Below are positions 50,129 to 60,038 of a DNA stretch of 64,000 bases, piece after piece. Position 1 is the first letter of the stretch, and each line of letters opens with the position of its first letter. Source of the DNA: Squalus acanthias. Its lineage: Eukaryota. The notes under the pieces are model-generated. The model ran no database searches. It was given only the letters and a program-made list of their open reading frames with translations, and had not been told where the DNA came from. The position numbers were made by a program, and so were the translations under genes. The stretch spans positions 63,738,001-63,802,000 of the forward strand of contig CM059432.1 in the NCBI GenBank assembly GCA_030390025.1, read 5' to 3'.

Positions 50129-50422
50129 GGCCCCTGCCATTGCTACAAACACGAATCAACCCAGCACGCAACCCCTAAGCCGGCCAAGGCACCAATAATT
50201 CCAACCACCAGCCATGTATATTTTGAATACAGAAACTTATTTATTGTACAAACTCTGTGTGTGTCAATTCCTCATGACAAACTCATAGAAATAAACACAA
50301 AAAAACAGTCAATAACATAACTGGTTCTCACAACCTGGAGATAATGTCCACAACACTAAACAAAAGTTGGGCCATGAACCTCGGCCTTTAATAAAAAAAT
50401 GACCAGCATTTTGGCACACCTC

Positions 50423-52332
50423 CTACTTTTTGCCCTTCGAGGGTGATCTCCTTCCCTTGCGCACTTCCCCCCTTCTAACCCTACTGCTCCTCCGTAATGG
50501 GACCTCAGTGGCTGCAGCAAGGCTGGTGGAAGGCTGCTGCTTGTCAGACCCTGACACTGCAGATGCCCCTGAAGGACGGCCTCGACCACTTCTGGGCCTG
50601 GAGGGCCCGGCTGCAGACTGCACCAACTCTGCATGGGCGGCAGCAGTCTGTCCTACAGGCGGTGGCAAGTGCAGTGGAGAAGTGACAGTGTTGGCAGCAG
50701 GAATGCTGTCATCGTGAGAGAGGACAGCAACTCCCTGCTCGCCCGACACACTGGCACTCCCACGGGGCAGCACTTCAGCATCCGGAGCAATTTGCCGGAG
50801 AACAGATTGCTGGCCTGCTGCGGCGCGGTGACGGCCCCGGGGACATGTGCATGAACCATCGAGGATGGCAGCAGTCAGTGCTCGCGTGGCCTCAATCTGA
50901 GTCTGCATGAGAGCAGTCTCAGATGGGTTCCTGGCAGCCAGTGACTGAATTGCAGCACTAAGCTTTAGTGTGGCATCCGCCTGTGCTACAGCGAAGTGCT
51001 CCACACTCCTTGCCAGTGCCTCAATGCATTCGGGCACCCTTCCCACTGCACCCATGAGCTCAGTGTGCATGCCCACCGCCTGGCTGTTCATTTCTGCAAT
51101 CAGCCGCTCCTCCTCTGCGTCCATTGCATTAGGAGTGTCTGGCATACTCTCCCTCTGGGGAGAAGGCTCCCGTTCTTCCCTCCCCCCCCCATGGCGTGGC
51201 TGCAGCCCGCTGGGTCCTGGAGCTTCACCATCATCAGCCCCTTCCCCCCTGCTCCCCCGTTCTTCCCTCCCCCCCCAATGGCGTTGCTGCAGCCCGCTGG
51301 GTCCTGGAACTTCACCATCATCAGCCCCTTCCCCCCTGCTCCCCTCCGGGGAAGGCGTGTTCCCAGTGTGGCCATGGGCTTCCTCGGGAGAGGGTGGCAC
51401 TGATGCTCCGGCTTCCTCTTCCTCCTCAGCTGCAGCATCACTCCCAGTGGCAGCTTCAGGGACCATCTCCTCAGCTGGTGAATCACCATCTGAAAGCAGG
51501 GAGGTACAAGAGTGGCTTTAGCGTGAGGACAGGGTGGCAGTAAGGGAGGAATAAGTGCAGCGAGTTAGCAAGTTGGATTGAAAGTGTCAAAGGCTGGTAT
51601 TGTGAGGGACAAGTGGAAGGACAGAGGACAAAAAGGTGATGACCTTACCATTGCTGTCCACAACGGGGTCGGCGTCTCCAGTGGCGACGGGACCGATCAC
51701 CCGGCTTGCCACAATCCTGTGGACGCGCTCCTCCAGATCGCTGAGGGGTTGCAGCTGAAGCCGCCCTCCACCCGTCCGTTGCTGCTGTCTCCGATTATGA
51801 GCCAGCTTAGCCTGCAAGAAAAAGGACAGCATCTGAGTCAATATACAGCCATGGTCTTGCCTGATGTGCCTCCCATAGGTGAATAGCCCTTACAATATGC
51901 AGCCATGGTCTTGCCTGATGTGCCTCCCATAGGTGAATAGCCCTTACTGTATGCAAAGTGTGGAATGTGTGTGTGTGTTTGATGAAAGGGCCATAGGTGT
52001 TGCATGAGTGTTGTGCATTGGGGTTTTAAGACCCTCTGGCCATAGAGTGAGGTTGAGATGGAGGGATGGAGAGGTATTGAGAAAAAGCCACTCACCCTGA
52101 CGACCCGAGTGAGGTCGTTGAACTTTTTGCGGCACTGAACATGGGTCCTGGGCACCATGCTCCTGGAGGAGACGCTCTGAGCCACCTCCCTCCACACTCT
52201 TCTGAACTCGCGTGGCAAAGGCCTCCTGCCACTCTCCGGGAACAGCATGCATCGTCTGCGCTCCACTGCGTCAACCAGAGCATCCAAGGCCCGCTCGGTG
52301 AAGCGATGAGCGCGTTCTCTCACCCTCTCCAT
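50423..52332 (-). CDS. Harbinger Myb/SANT-like protein, 3 exons (52332-52096, 51811-51649, 51489-50423), 488 aa
   Basis: Same exon sizes as copy 1 (237 and 163 bp), canonical splice sites, open frame to TAG at 50423. Confidence 0.88.
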
Positions 52333-53252
52333 GCTTGGCAGCAAAATGGATTACAGGTCTCTCCAGGCTGAGATTCAAGGCTGCAATGAGCAGGGTGTGG
52401 CTGGGGAGCAAGTGGCCCCCCCCGCTTTAAGAAGTGTCCGGCGCCAGTGTGTCTGTGTTCCCTCGCTAACTGGCAGCAGCTGCGCTGCGCTCGTGCGCTG
52501 AGGTAGCGCCTCACTCCTAGGCCTTTGCGCCTTAAGAGAGGTGTGCAGCGCCTAATTTAGCGCTCCACTCACCTCCCGGGGCGGTAAAAGTGAAGTTTCC
52601 TGTCAGTGCCGATAATTAGCGCCAGGCGCTAATATTTGCGCGCGGATGATATTTGCGCCCCAAATGGGGCGCGACCTAATTTCTACCCCCAAGTCTCTGT
52701 CAATATTTTTCTCCATGTGTCTAATCTCACTCTCCTGCTCAGTCTCCATTTATTCTTTAATGTTCCTCTTTTTCAAGAAACTCATCAGGGGCTAAATTCA
52801 ATAGCCCCCAAAAACAGGTGCGGGGATCGAAAGGCGCAATTAACCTGCGCCCGTTCAATGTGATGCAGGCAGCCTACCAACTTTTTATGCAGCCTGATTA
52901 ACATGTTTGTAGTGTGCAGCCAGCGCTGACTGCGCTGTTGATTGGTTGCACACATCAGCAGGGGGCCCAAAATCGTACCTTGCTAGCACTACTTAAAGTT
53001 AGCGTGCACCTCTTAAAAGGGGAGGTGCATTGTAGCTGAAGCAGATGCTGGAAGTCATTCTACGACTCAATAATGGCATAACGTGGGAGTGAGGGGGCTC
53101 CAAGGTTTTCCGAAGCTGCACTGGAGACATTGGTGGAGGAGGTAGAAAGGAGGAGAGATGTGCTGTATCCACAGGGCGCCAGGAGGCCCTCCAGATACAC
53201 GCTCAGAAGGCAGTGGGAGCAGATAGCCGTGGCTGGTGAATGCCAGGAGTCA

Positions 53253-53414
53253 TAGAAACATAGGAGCAGGAGTAGGCCATTCGGCCCTTCGAGCCTGCTC
53301 CGCCATTCAATATAATCATGGCTGATCCTCTATCTCAATACCATATTCTCACTCTCTCCCCATACCCCTTGATGCCTTTTGTGTCTAGAAAGGCATCAAG
53401 GGCTATGGGGAGAG
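53253..53414 (-). mobile_element. Short CR1 3' insertion with a fold-back 5' end, in Myb exon 1
   Basis: TSD AGGAGTCA on both sides; TTCTATG tail. Confidence 0.85.
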
Positions 53415-53516
53415 AGGAGTCAAGCCCTGAGTACCTGATGCAGCTCGGTAAGAAGTTCAATGGCCTCACACGAGTAATTAAGGTCAGTGAATGCATCTTC
53501 AAATGTCATATCCTAC

Positions 53517-54297
53517 TGTAAGATTTGGATCACAGGTTACACACAGATTACCCAAAGGGTCTTAGGAGTTGAAAGGCTTTTTATTAAAGAGCTACTGTTT
53601 AAAGCATAATCAGATATTACTACATGTGATTGAAATAGATACAGTAGACATACAACCCGTGACAGATGAGGGCGCTCGACAGTCCTGGAACGGAACGGAA
53701 CGGAATGAAACAACCGGACGAATGGTGAGGCAGTACGGTGGTCTCGGATTGGGTGGATTCCTGCAGTCTGCTGCAGCGGTCACTTCCATTGGGTCATCCC
53801 TCGAGCTGTTGGAGGTGTTCGGCCGTCAGCCACCTCAGAGGCTAAACTTGACGAAGGTGTTAGGCTGTAGCCACCTCGGGGAAGCCTTCGCCCCTAACTG
53901 CCCAATTTCCTCTCTTGGTCGTCTATATTTATAGTTATTTCGGTGGGCTGGTGATTACCTGGTGTCAATCATTTTTTCCCTATCCTATTGTCCAATTATA
54001 AGGGAGAGGCTACATATGACATCCCCCTCCCAGCCTCATGAGGCAATTTTCCTCCTTATCTCTGTTCTAAAGGTCTTGTTGCCCTCTCATAGACAGCTTG
54101 TTTATCCTACAGCTCCTTGCTGCATCCCTTATGCCCACTCTAAGGCCTGTTTTTGTGTTCTGACCTCGTAATTCAGCTCTCTGTACAGCTATTTTTCTGA
54201 CATGACTGGAATCTTTCTGTGTCATCAACTTAGGCAAACTGCTGATCTAGGGAACCCATAACAGACTATTATTTCTTTCAATTCACGATTTTTTACA
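53517..54297 (-). mobile_element. Solo LTR (781 bp) in Myb intron 1
   Basis: TG...CA termini; perfect 4-bp TSD CTAC (53513-53516, 54298-54301); homologous to 6087-6865. Confidence 0.9.
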
Positions 54298-54564
54298 CTA
54301 CCAACTGCCCCACTAGCCTCAGCCACTGCTCAATTCACCTACCGACAATCTCCATCAATTAGGACTCATATATAACATTCATAGCTTTACCTCACCCTCA
54401 CACACTTAAGCACTGCTGCAAGCCTCACACCCACATCTCACAGCTTGCACACACTGCCAGCTATTGAACGATGAGAGCCACATCACCTAAACAGATTGCC
54501 TGACACTCACTGACACACTTCCCTCTCTCTCGCAGGACAAGGTAGCACACAACTGGAGGTAGCA

Positions 54565-55344
54565 TCTATCTGATTAGGTAGCACCTAACATCTGTCTGAG
54601 GCTGAACCACACTGTTCGCAAACTTGCGTCATATTTGACCCTGAAATGAACTTCCGACCACATATCCACAGCATAACAAAGACTGCCTACTTCCACCTCC
54701 GTAACATCGCCCGTCTCCGCCCCTGCCTCACATCATCCACTGCTGAAACCCTCATCCATACCTTTGTTACCTCTAGACTTGACTATTCCAATGCACTCCT
54801 GGCTGGCCTCCCACATTCCACCCTACATAAACTTGAGGTCATCCATAACTCGGCTGCCCGTGTCCTACCTCGCACCAAGTCCCGTTCGCCCATCACCCCT
54901 GTGCTCGCTGACCTACATTGGCTCCCGGTTAAGCAGCGCCTCGTTTTCAAAATTCTCATCCTTGTTTTCAAATCCCTCCATGGCCTCGCCCCTTCCTATC
55001 TCTGTAATCTCCTTCAGCCCCACAACCCCCGAGATATCTGCGCTCCTCTAATTCTGCCCTCTTGAGCATCCCTGATTATAATCGCTCAACCATTGGTGGC
55101 CGTGCCTTCTGTTGCCTGGGCCCTAAGCTCTGGAATTCCCTCCCTAAACCTCTCCGCCTCGCTACCTCTCTTTCCTCCTTTAAGACGTTCCTTAAAACCT
55201 ACCTCTTTGACCAAGCTTTTGGTCACCTGCCCTAATTTATGTGGCTCGGTGTCAAATTTATTGTCTTAAAATACTCCTGTGCAGCACCTTGGGACGTTTT
55301 ACTACGTTAAAGTCGCTATATAAATACAAGTTGTTGTTGTTGTT
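54565..55344 (+). mobile_element. L2 LINE 3' fragment in Myb exon 2
   Basis: FVTSRLDYSNALLAGLP...LADLHWLPV motif; (GTT)n tail; TSD GTAGCA. Confidence 0.92.
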
Positions 55345-57073
55345 GTAGCAGGAGCTAACTGGCGGGGAACAGATACGCCTGAATCTCCTAACCCCCATGG
55401 AGGAGATGGTGCTGGACATTATTGGGACAGACTTTGCGGAGTCCGTGGCCAGCAGCAGGGCTCAAATCATAGGTGACAGTATAGTCATACCTAATCCTCC
55501 TTCTCACATCCCACTTGCCCCTCATTCCACAATCTCTTCTGATTTACAAGCTGCAGATGGTGTTAGCATGCACCTCCTGCTTTGAACCCTCTCCCCTCAC
55601 CACAACCTCTCACCACAGCCTTACCCTTAGGCCTTTCTCCTTTTAGATACGCAAGAACTGCAACCTGGCCAGGCACTGGTGGAACAGCAGGAATATAGTG
55701 AAGATGAAGACGCACTGTCACTTGATTTCACACTCGTAGCAACAAGCTCAGATACCGACACTGCACATAATTTAGAGGATAGCTCAGACACGGGATCGGC
55801 ACGTGGTGAGACACAGGGCATGAGTGGCCTGCAGCCAGGGCAGGGGACAAGGCTATCGCAGGTGCCAGCTCACTGGAGGGCGAGGTCGCACACGAGTTCT
55901 GCTGCAGAGGACTCAGATGAGCACTTCGATGGGGCTGGCTACAGAAGGCGGCTGATGGATATGCACAATGAAATGCTTAGTACATTGGGAAGCCTGCCGG
56001 AAAGCCTGTGTGCAATGTCAAGGAGCATGGAGGAGTGAAGCACTAACTTGGCACAGGGCTTTGTGTAGAGCTTGGAGCCCATACTTTTCAGCATGGAAAT
56101 GGTGGCCAACTTCATTCGCACATGTGGACCCAACCATGGATGCAGCATTTGATGGCCGATATCTCAGCTTCCATTGCAGCACAGGCAGCAGCCACCCAAT
56201 GTCTGAGTGCTGCAGTGGAACCTCAGACTTCTGTTGTGCAAGCTCAGACTGCTGCCATGCCTTCTCAGACTGCTGCCAACATGGCTCTGGATTCCAGTGT
56301 TCAAAGGGGCTTGCAGGGTGTCACAGCAGTCCAGCAATCTGTCCTCCAACAGATTACCAGGATCGCTGAGGCGCCGCCCCGGGGGAGTGGCTGTGACTCC
56401 ATGGAGCATGAACCTACTGCTCTCTTTCAGGATGACAGCATTTGTCCTCCCACCACTGCCACTCCGCCAGTGTCCTTGCTGTTGCCGGTCAGCCAGCCCA
56501 GACTGCTGCCGCCCATGCTGAGGTGGTGCAGTCAGCAGCTGGGCCTTCTAGGCCCAGAGCTGTTCGAGGTCGTCCTGCAAGGCCATCTGCAGTCTCCCCC
56601 ACTGAAACTCATCAGCCTTCCACCAGCCATGCTGCAGCCACTGGGGTCACTACATAGGAGCACTAGGGCAGGCAAAGGCACACGGAAGACAGGCACTAAT
56701 GGAATCGACAAGGGTGATTAGTTGACGTTTGTATACATTCGGGCTTGATTTGATTTATAAATTTGGTGTGGAATGTTTGATTTGTGGAGTCTTTTATTTT
56801 TGCATTGTGGCCACGTGGAAGCTGTGATGGTCAGTGACAGAGTGAAGGTCAGGTGTGGGACTGTTGGCGAATGGGGAGTTGGGGTTGTGGTTACCGGTAT
56901 CTTGATGAGTTCTTCACGGACAGCCGGCCAGAAAGGGGCTATCTAGGTTGCCTCCTCCCTTCCTCTTCCTCCTCCTCCTTTTCTTCATCTCCCTCCTCCT
57001 CCTCCTCCTCAGCTGCTCAGTGTGTAGCTGGTGGCAAAGGCTGTGCCCTCAAGATGGTGAGGCTGTGCAGCAT

Positions 57074-59939
57074 ACATAGATACATAGATACATAGAAGAT
57101 AGGAGCAGGAGTAGGCCATCCGGCCCTTCGAGCCTGCTCCGCCATTTAATGAGATCATGGCTGATCCTTCAATTCAGTATCCCGTCCCCGCCTTCTCTCC
57201 GTAACCCTTAACCCCTTTTGCCTGTAGAAATATATCTAATTCCCTCTTAAATATATTTAATGAGCTGGCGTACACTGCCCTCTGTGGCAATGAGTTCCAC
57301 AGGTTCACCACTCTCTGAGTGAAGAAATTCCCCCTCATTTCTGTCCTAAATGGTTTAGCCCTTATCCTTAAATTATGTCCTCTAGTTCTGTTCTCACCCG
57401 CCAAGGGAAACATTCCTTCTGCATCTAATCTGTCTAGACCTGTCAGAATTTTATACACTTCTATGAGGTCCCCTCTCAATCTTCTAAACTCCAGTGTGTA
57501 CATCCCTAAACTACATAGTCTCTCCTCATAGGTCAATCCCGCCATTCCTGGTATCAGCCTGGTGAATCGCCGCTGCACCCCCTCCATGGCAAGAACATCT
57601 TTCCTCAGATGAGGCGACCAAAACTGTACACAGTACTCGAGGTGTGGTCTCACCAGTGCCCTGTACAGCTGCAGCAAGGTATCCCTGTTCCTGTATTCCA
57701 ACCCTTTTGCTATGAAGGCCAGCATACCGTTTGCCTTCTTGACCGCCTGTTGCACCTGCATGCTCGCCTTCAGTGACTGGTGTACAAGAACACCCAGGTC
57801 TCTCTGTACTTCCCCCTCTCCCAATTTATTGCCATTTAAATAATAATTTGCCCTCCCGTTCCTGCACCCAAGGTGGATAACTTCGCACTTGTCCACATTA
57901 TAGTGCATCTGCCATTTATCCGCCCAATCACCCAGTCTGTCCAAATCGCTCTGGAGCTTCCTGGTCTCCTCCTCTGAGCCCACCCCCCCTCCTAGTTTAG
58001 TGTCGTCTGCAAATTTGGAAATGCTGCATTCGACTCCCTGATCCAGGTCATTAATATAAATTGTGAACAGCTGGGGACCCAGGACAGATCCCTGTGGTAC
58101 CCCACTTGTTACTGCCTGCCATTCAGAAAATGAGCCGTTTATTCCAACTCTCTGTTTTCTATCTGACAGCCAGTTCTCTATCCACGTCAATACTTTCCCC
58201 TTTATCCCATGAGCTTCAATTTTCCATGCTAATCTTTTATGTGGGACCTTATCGAAGGCCTTTTGGAAGTCCAGGTACACCACATCTACTGGCTCTCCCC
58301 CATCTATTTTACCAGTTACTCCCTCAAAAAATTCCAATAGATTAGTCAAGCACGATTTACCCTTTGTAAATCCATGTTGACTCTGTCCTATCCTGTCCCC
58401 ATTTGCTAAGTGCTCGGCTATTTCATCCTTAATGATGGACTCCAGCATTTTGCCCACAACTGATGTAAGGCTTACAGGTCTGTAATTACCTGCTTTTTCC
58501 CTACCCCCCTTTTTGAATAGTGGGGTAACGTTAGCTACCCTCCAATCCATGGGCACTGTTCCCGAGTCTAATGAATTCTGAAAAATCATGCTTAGTGCAT
58601 CCGCTATCTCTAGGGCCACCTCCTTCAGTACCCTAGGATGCATGTTATCAGGCCCTGGGGATTTGTCCGCCTTCAATCCCTTTAGCTTCCTTAACACCAT
58701 ATCCTTAGAGATATTGATTTGCGTCAGTTCCTCCTTTGCCAATGTCCCTATTTTTCCCGATATCCCAGGGAGGTTTTTTGTGTCTTCCTTCGTAAAGACT
58801 GACCCAAAGTATGCATTTAGTTGGTCTGCCATTTCCTTATTTCCCATTATATATTCCCCCGTATCTGACTGCAATGGACCAACTTTGGTTTTCACCAGTC
58901 TTTTCCTCTTGATATACTTATAAAAGCTTTTGGAGTTAGTTTTTATATTTTCCGCCAGCTTGCTTTCGTAAGCTATTTTGCCCTTCTTGATTAAGCCCTT
59001 TGCCCTCCTTTGCTCTATCTTAAACTGTTCCCAATCTTCCGCTCTGGCGCGTTTTTTGGCTATTTTATACGCCCTATCTTTGGATTTTATGCTGTCTCTA
59101 ATTTCCCCTGTTATCCACGGTTGAGTCACCTTTTTAGATTTCCTTTTATGCCAGATTGGTATAAACAATTTTTGCAATTTTGTCATTCTATCTTTAAATG
59201 CTTGCCATTGTTTATCTACCTCCAGTCCTCCCAGGAACGTTGTCCAATCAGACCTACTCAGTTCCCGTCTAATGGCATCATAATTCCCCTTGTTTAAATT
59301 CAGGACCTGAGTCTCTGAGTCAATTTCTTCGCTCTCCATTTCGAGTGAGAAATCGATCATGTTATGATCGCTCTGACCCAAGGGTCCCCGTACAACAAGA
59401 TTACTAATTAGTCCCTTCTCATTGCACAGTACCCAGTCCAATATAGCCTGTTCCCGAGTTGGTTCCTCGACATATTGATCCAGATAACCATCCCTTAAAC
59501 ACTCAAGGAATTCCTCCTCCTCATTATTTTTACTGATTAGGCTAGTCCAATCTATATGTAAGTTAAAGTCACCTATGATGACAGCTGTGCTCTTATTGCA
59601 CGCTTCTCTAATTTCCCTCGTGATGCCCTCCCCAACCTCTATTTTACTATTTGGAGGCCTATATACCACTCCTATTAATGTTTTTCGCCCCTCGCTATTT
59701 CTTAGCTCCACCCATATAGATTCTGTATTAACTGAGTTAATATCCTTCCTTTCAATTGCATTTATCCCCTCTTTTACCAGCAATGCTACCCCTCCTCCCT
59801 TTCTTTTTTGTCGATCCTTCCTAAATACTGAATACCCCTGTATGTTAAGCTCCCAGCCCTGCTCACCCTGCAACCATGTTTCCGTAATCCCAATTAGATC
59901 ATAATTATTAACCTCTATTTCCACAGCTAATTCATCTAC
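57074..59939 (-). mobile_element. Young CR1 LINE inserted in the Harbinger transposase
   Basis: (TCTATGTA)n tail at about 57074-57097; uninterrupted ORF2; transposase sequence on both sides. Confidence 0.96.
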
Positions 59940-60038
59940 GAATCTTGGCACCCACTCTGCTGTGTACTGTAGGGCTCTTCTAGAGTGGTCCAGGCAGTGG
60001 AAGTATTGTTTCAGTACACCAATGGTCTGCTCTATCAC
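57174..60038 (-). CDS. CR1 ORF2 (APE endonuclease + reverse transcriptase, about 920 aa, lacking its extreme N-terminus), in frame with about 33 Harbinger transposase codons
   Basis: 954-codon open frame: [33 protein letters not shown]; first residues IEQTIGVLKQYFHCLD are transposase; start codon is GTG, not ATG. Confidence 0.8.
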   Translation of the reverse strand: MIEQTIGVLKQYFHCLDHSRRALQYTAEWVPRFVDELAVEIEVNNYDLIGITETWLQGEQGWELNIQGYSVFRKDRQKRKGGGVALLVKEGINAIERKDINSVNTESIWVELRNSEGRKTLIGVVYRPPNSKIEVGEGITREIREACNKSTAVIIGDFNLHIDWTSLISKNNEEEEFLECLRDGYLDQYVEEPTREQAILDWVLCNEKGLISNLVVRGPLGQSDHNMIDFSLEMESEEIDSETQVLNLNKGNYDAIRRELSRSDWTTFLGGLEVDKQWQAFKDRMTKLQKLFIPIWHKRKSKKVTQPWITGEIRDSIKSKDRAYKIAKKRARAEDWEQFKIEQRRAKGLIKKGKIAYESKLAENIKTNSKSFYKYIKRKRLVKTKVGPLQSDTGEYIMGNKEMADQLNAYFGSVFTKEDTKNLPGISGKIGTLAKEELTQINISKDMVLRKLKGLKADKSPGPDNMHPRVLKEVALEIADALSMIFQNSLDSGTVPMDWRVANVTPLFKKGGREKAGNYRPVSLTSVVGKMLESIIKDEIAEHLANGDRIGQSQHGFTKGKSCLTNLLEFFEGVTGKIDGGEPVDVVYLDFQKAFDKVPHKRLAWKIEAHGIKGKVLTWIENWLSDRKQRVGINGSFSEWQAVTSGVPQGSVLGPQLFTIYINDLDQGVECSISKFADDTKLGGGVGSEEETRKLQSDLDRLGDWADKWQMHYNVDKCEVIHLGCRNGRANYYLNGNKLGEGEVQRDLGVLVHQSLKASMQVQQAVKKANGMLAFIAKGLEYRNRDTLLQLYRALVRPHLEYCVQFWSPHLRKDVLAMEGVQRRFTRLIPGMAGLTYEERLCSLGMYTLEFRRLRGDLIEVYKILTGLDRLDAEGMFPLAGENRTRGHNLRIRAKPFRTEMRGNFFTQRVVNLWNSLPQRAVYASSLNIFKRELDIFLQAKGVKGYGEKAGTGY

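Larger units (their letters stand above)
48460..52689. mobile_element. PIF/Harbinger transposon, family A copy 2 (4230 bp), putatively autonomous
   Basis: TIRs GGGGTAAAAATT / AATTTCTACCCC; TSD CAA (48457-48459, 52690-52692); inverted homologue of 36184-40291. Confidence 0.97.

Noticed and set aside
36181..52692. Composite transposon bounded by the two family-A Harbingers
   Set aside because: Outer flanks are TTA and CAA (no shared TSD) and each copy has its own TSD, so they inserted separately
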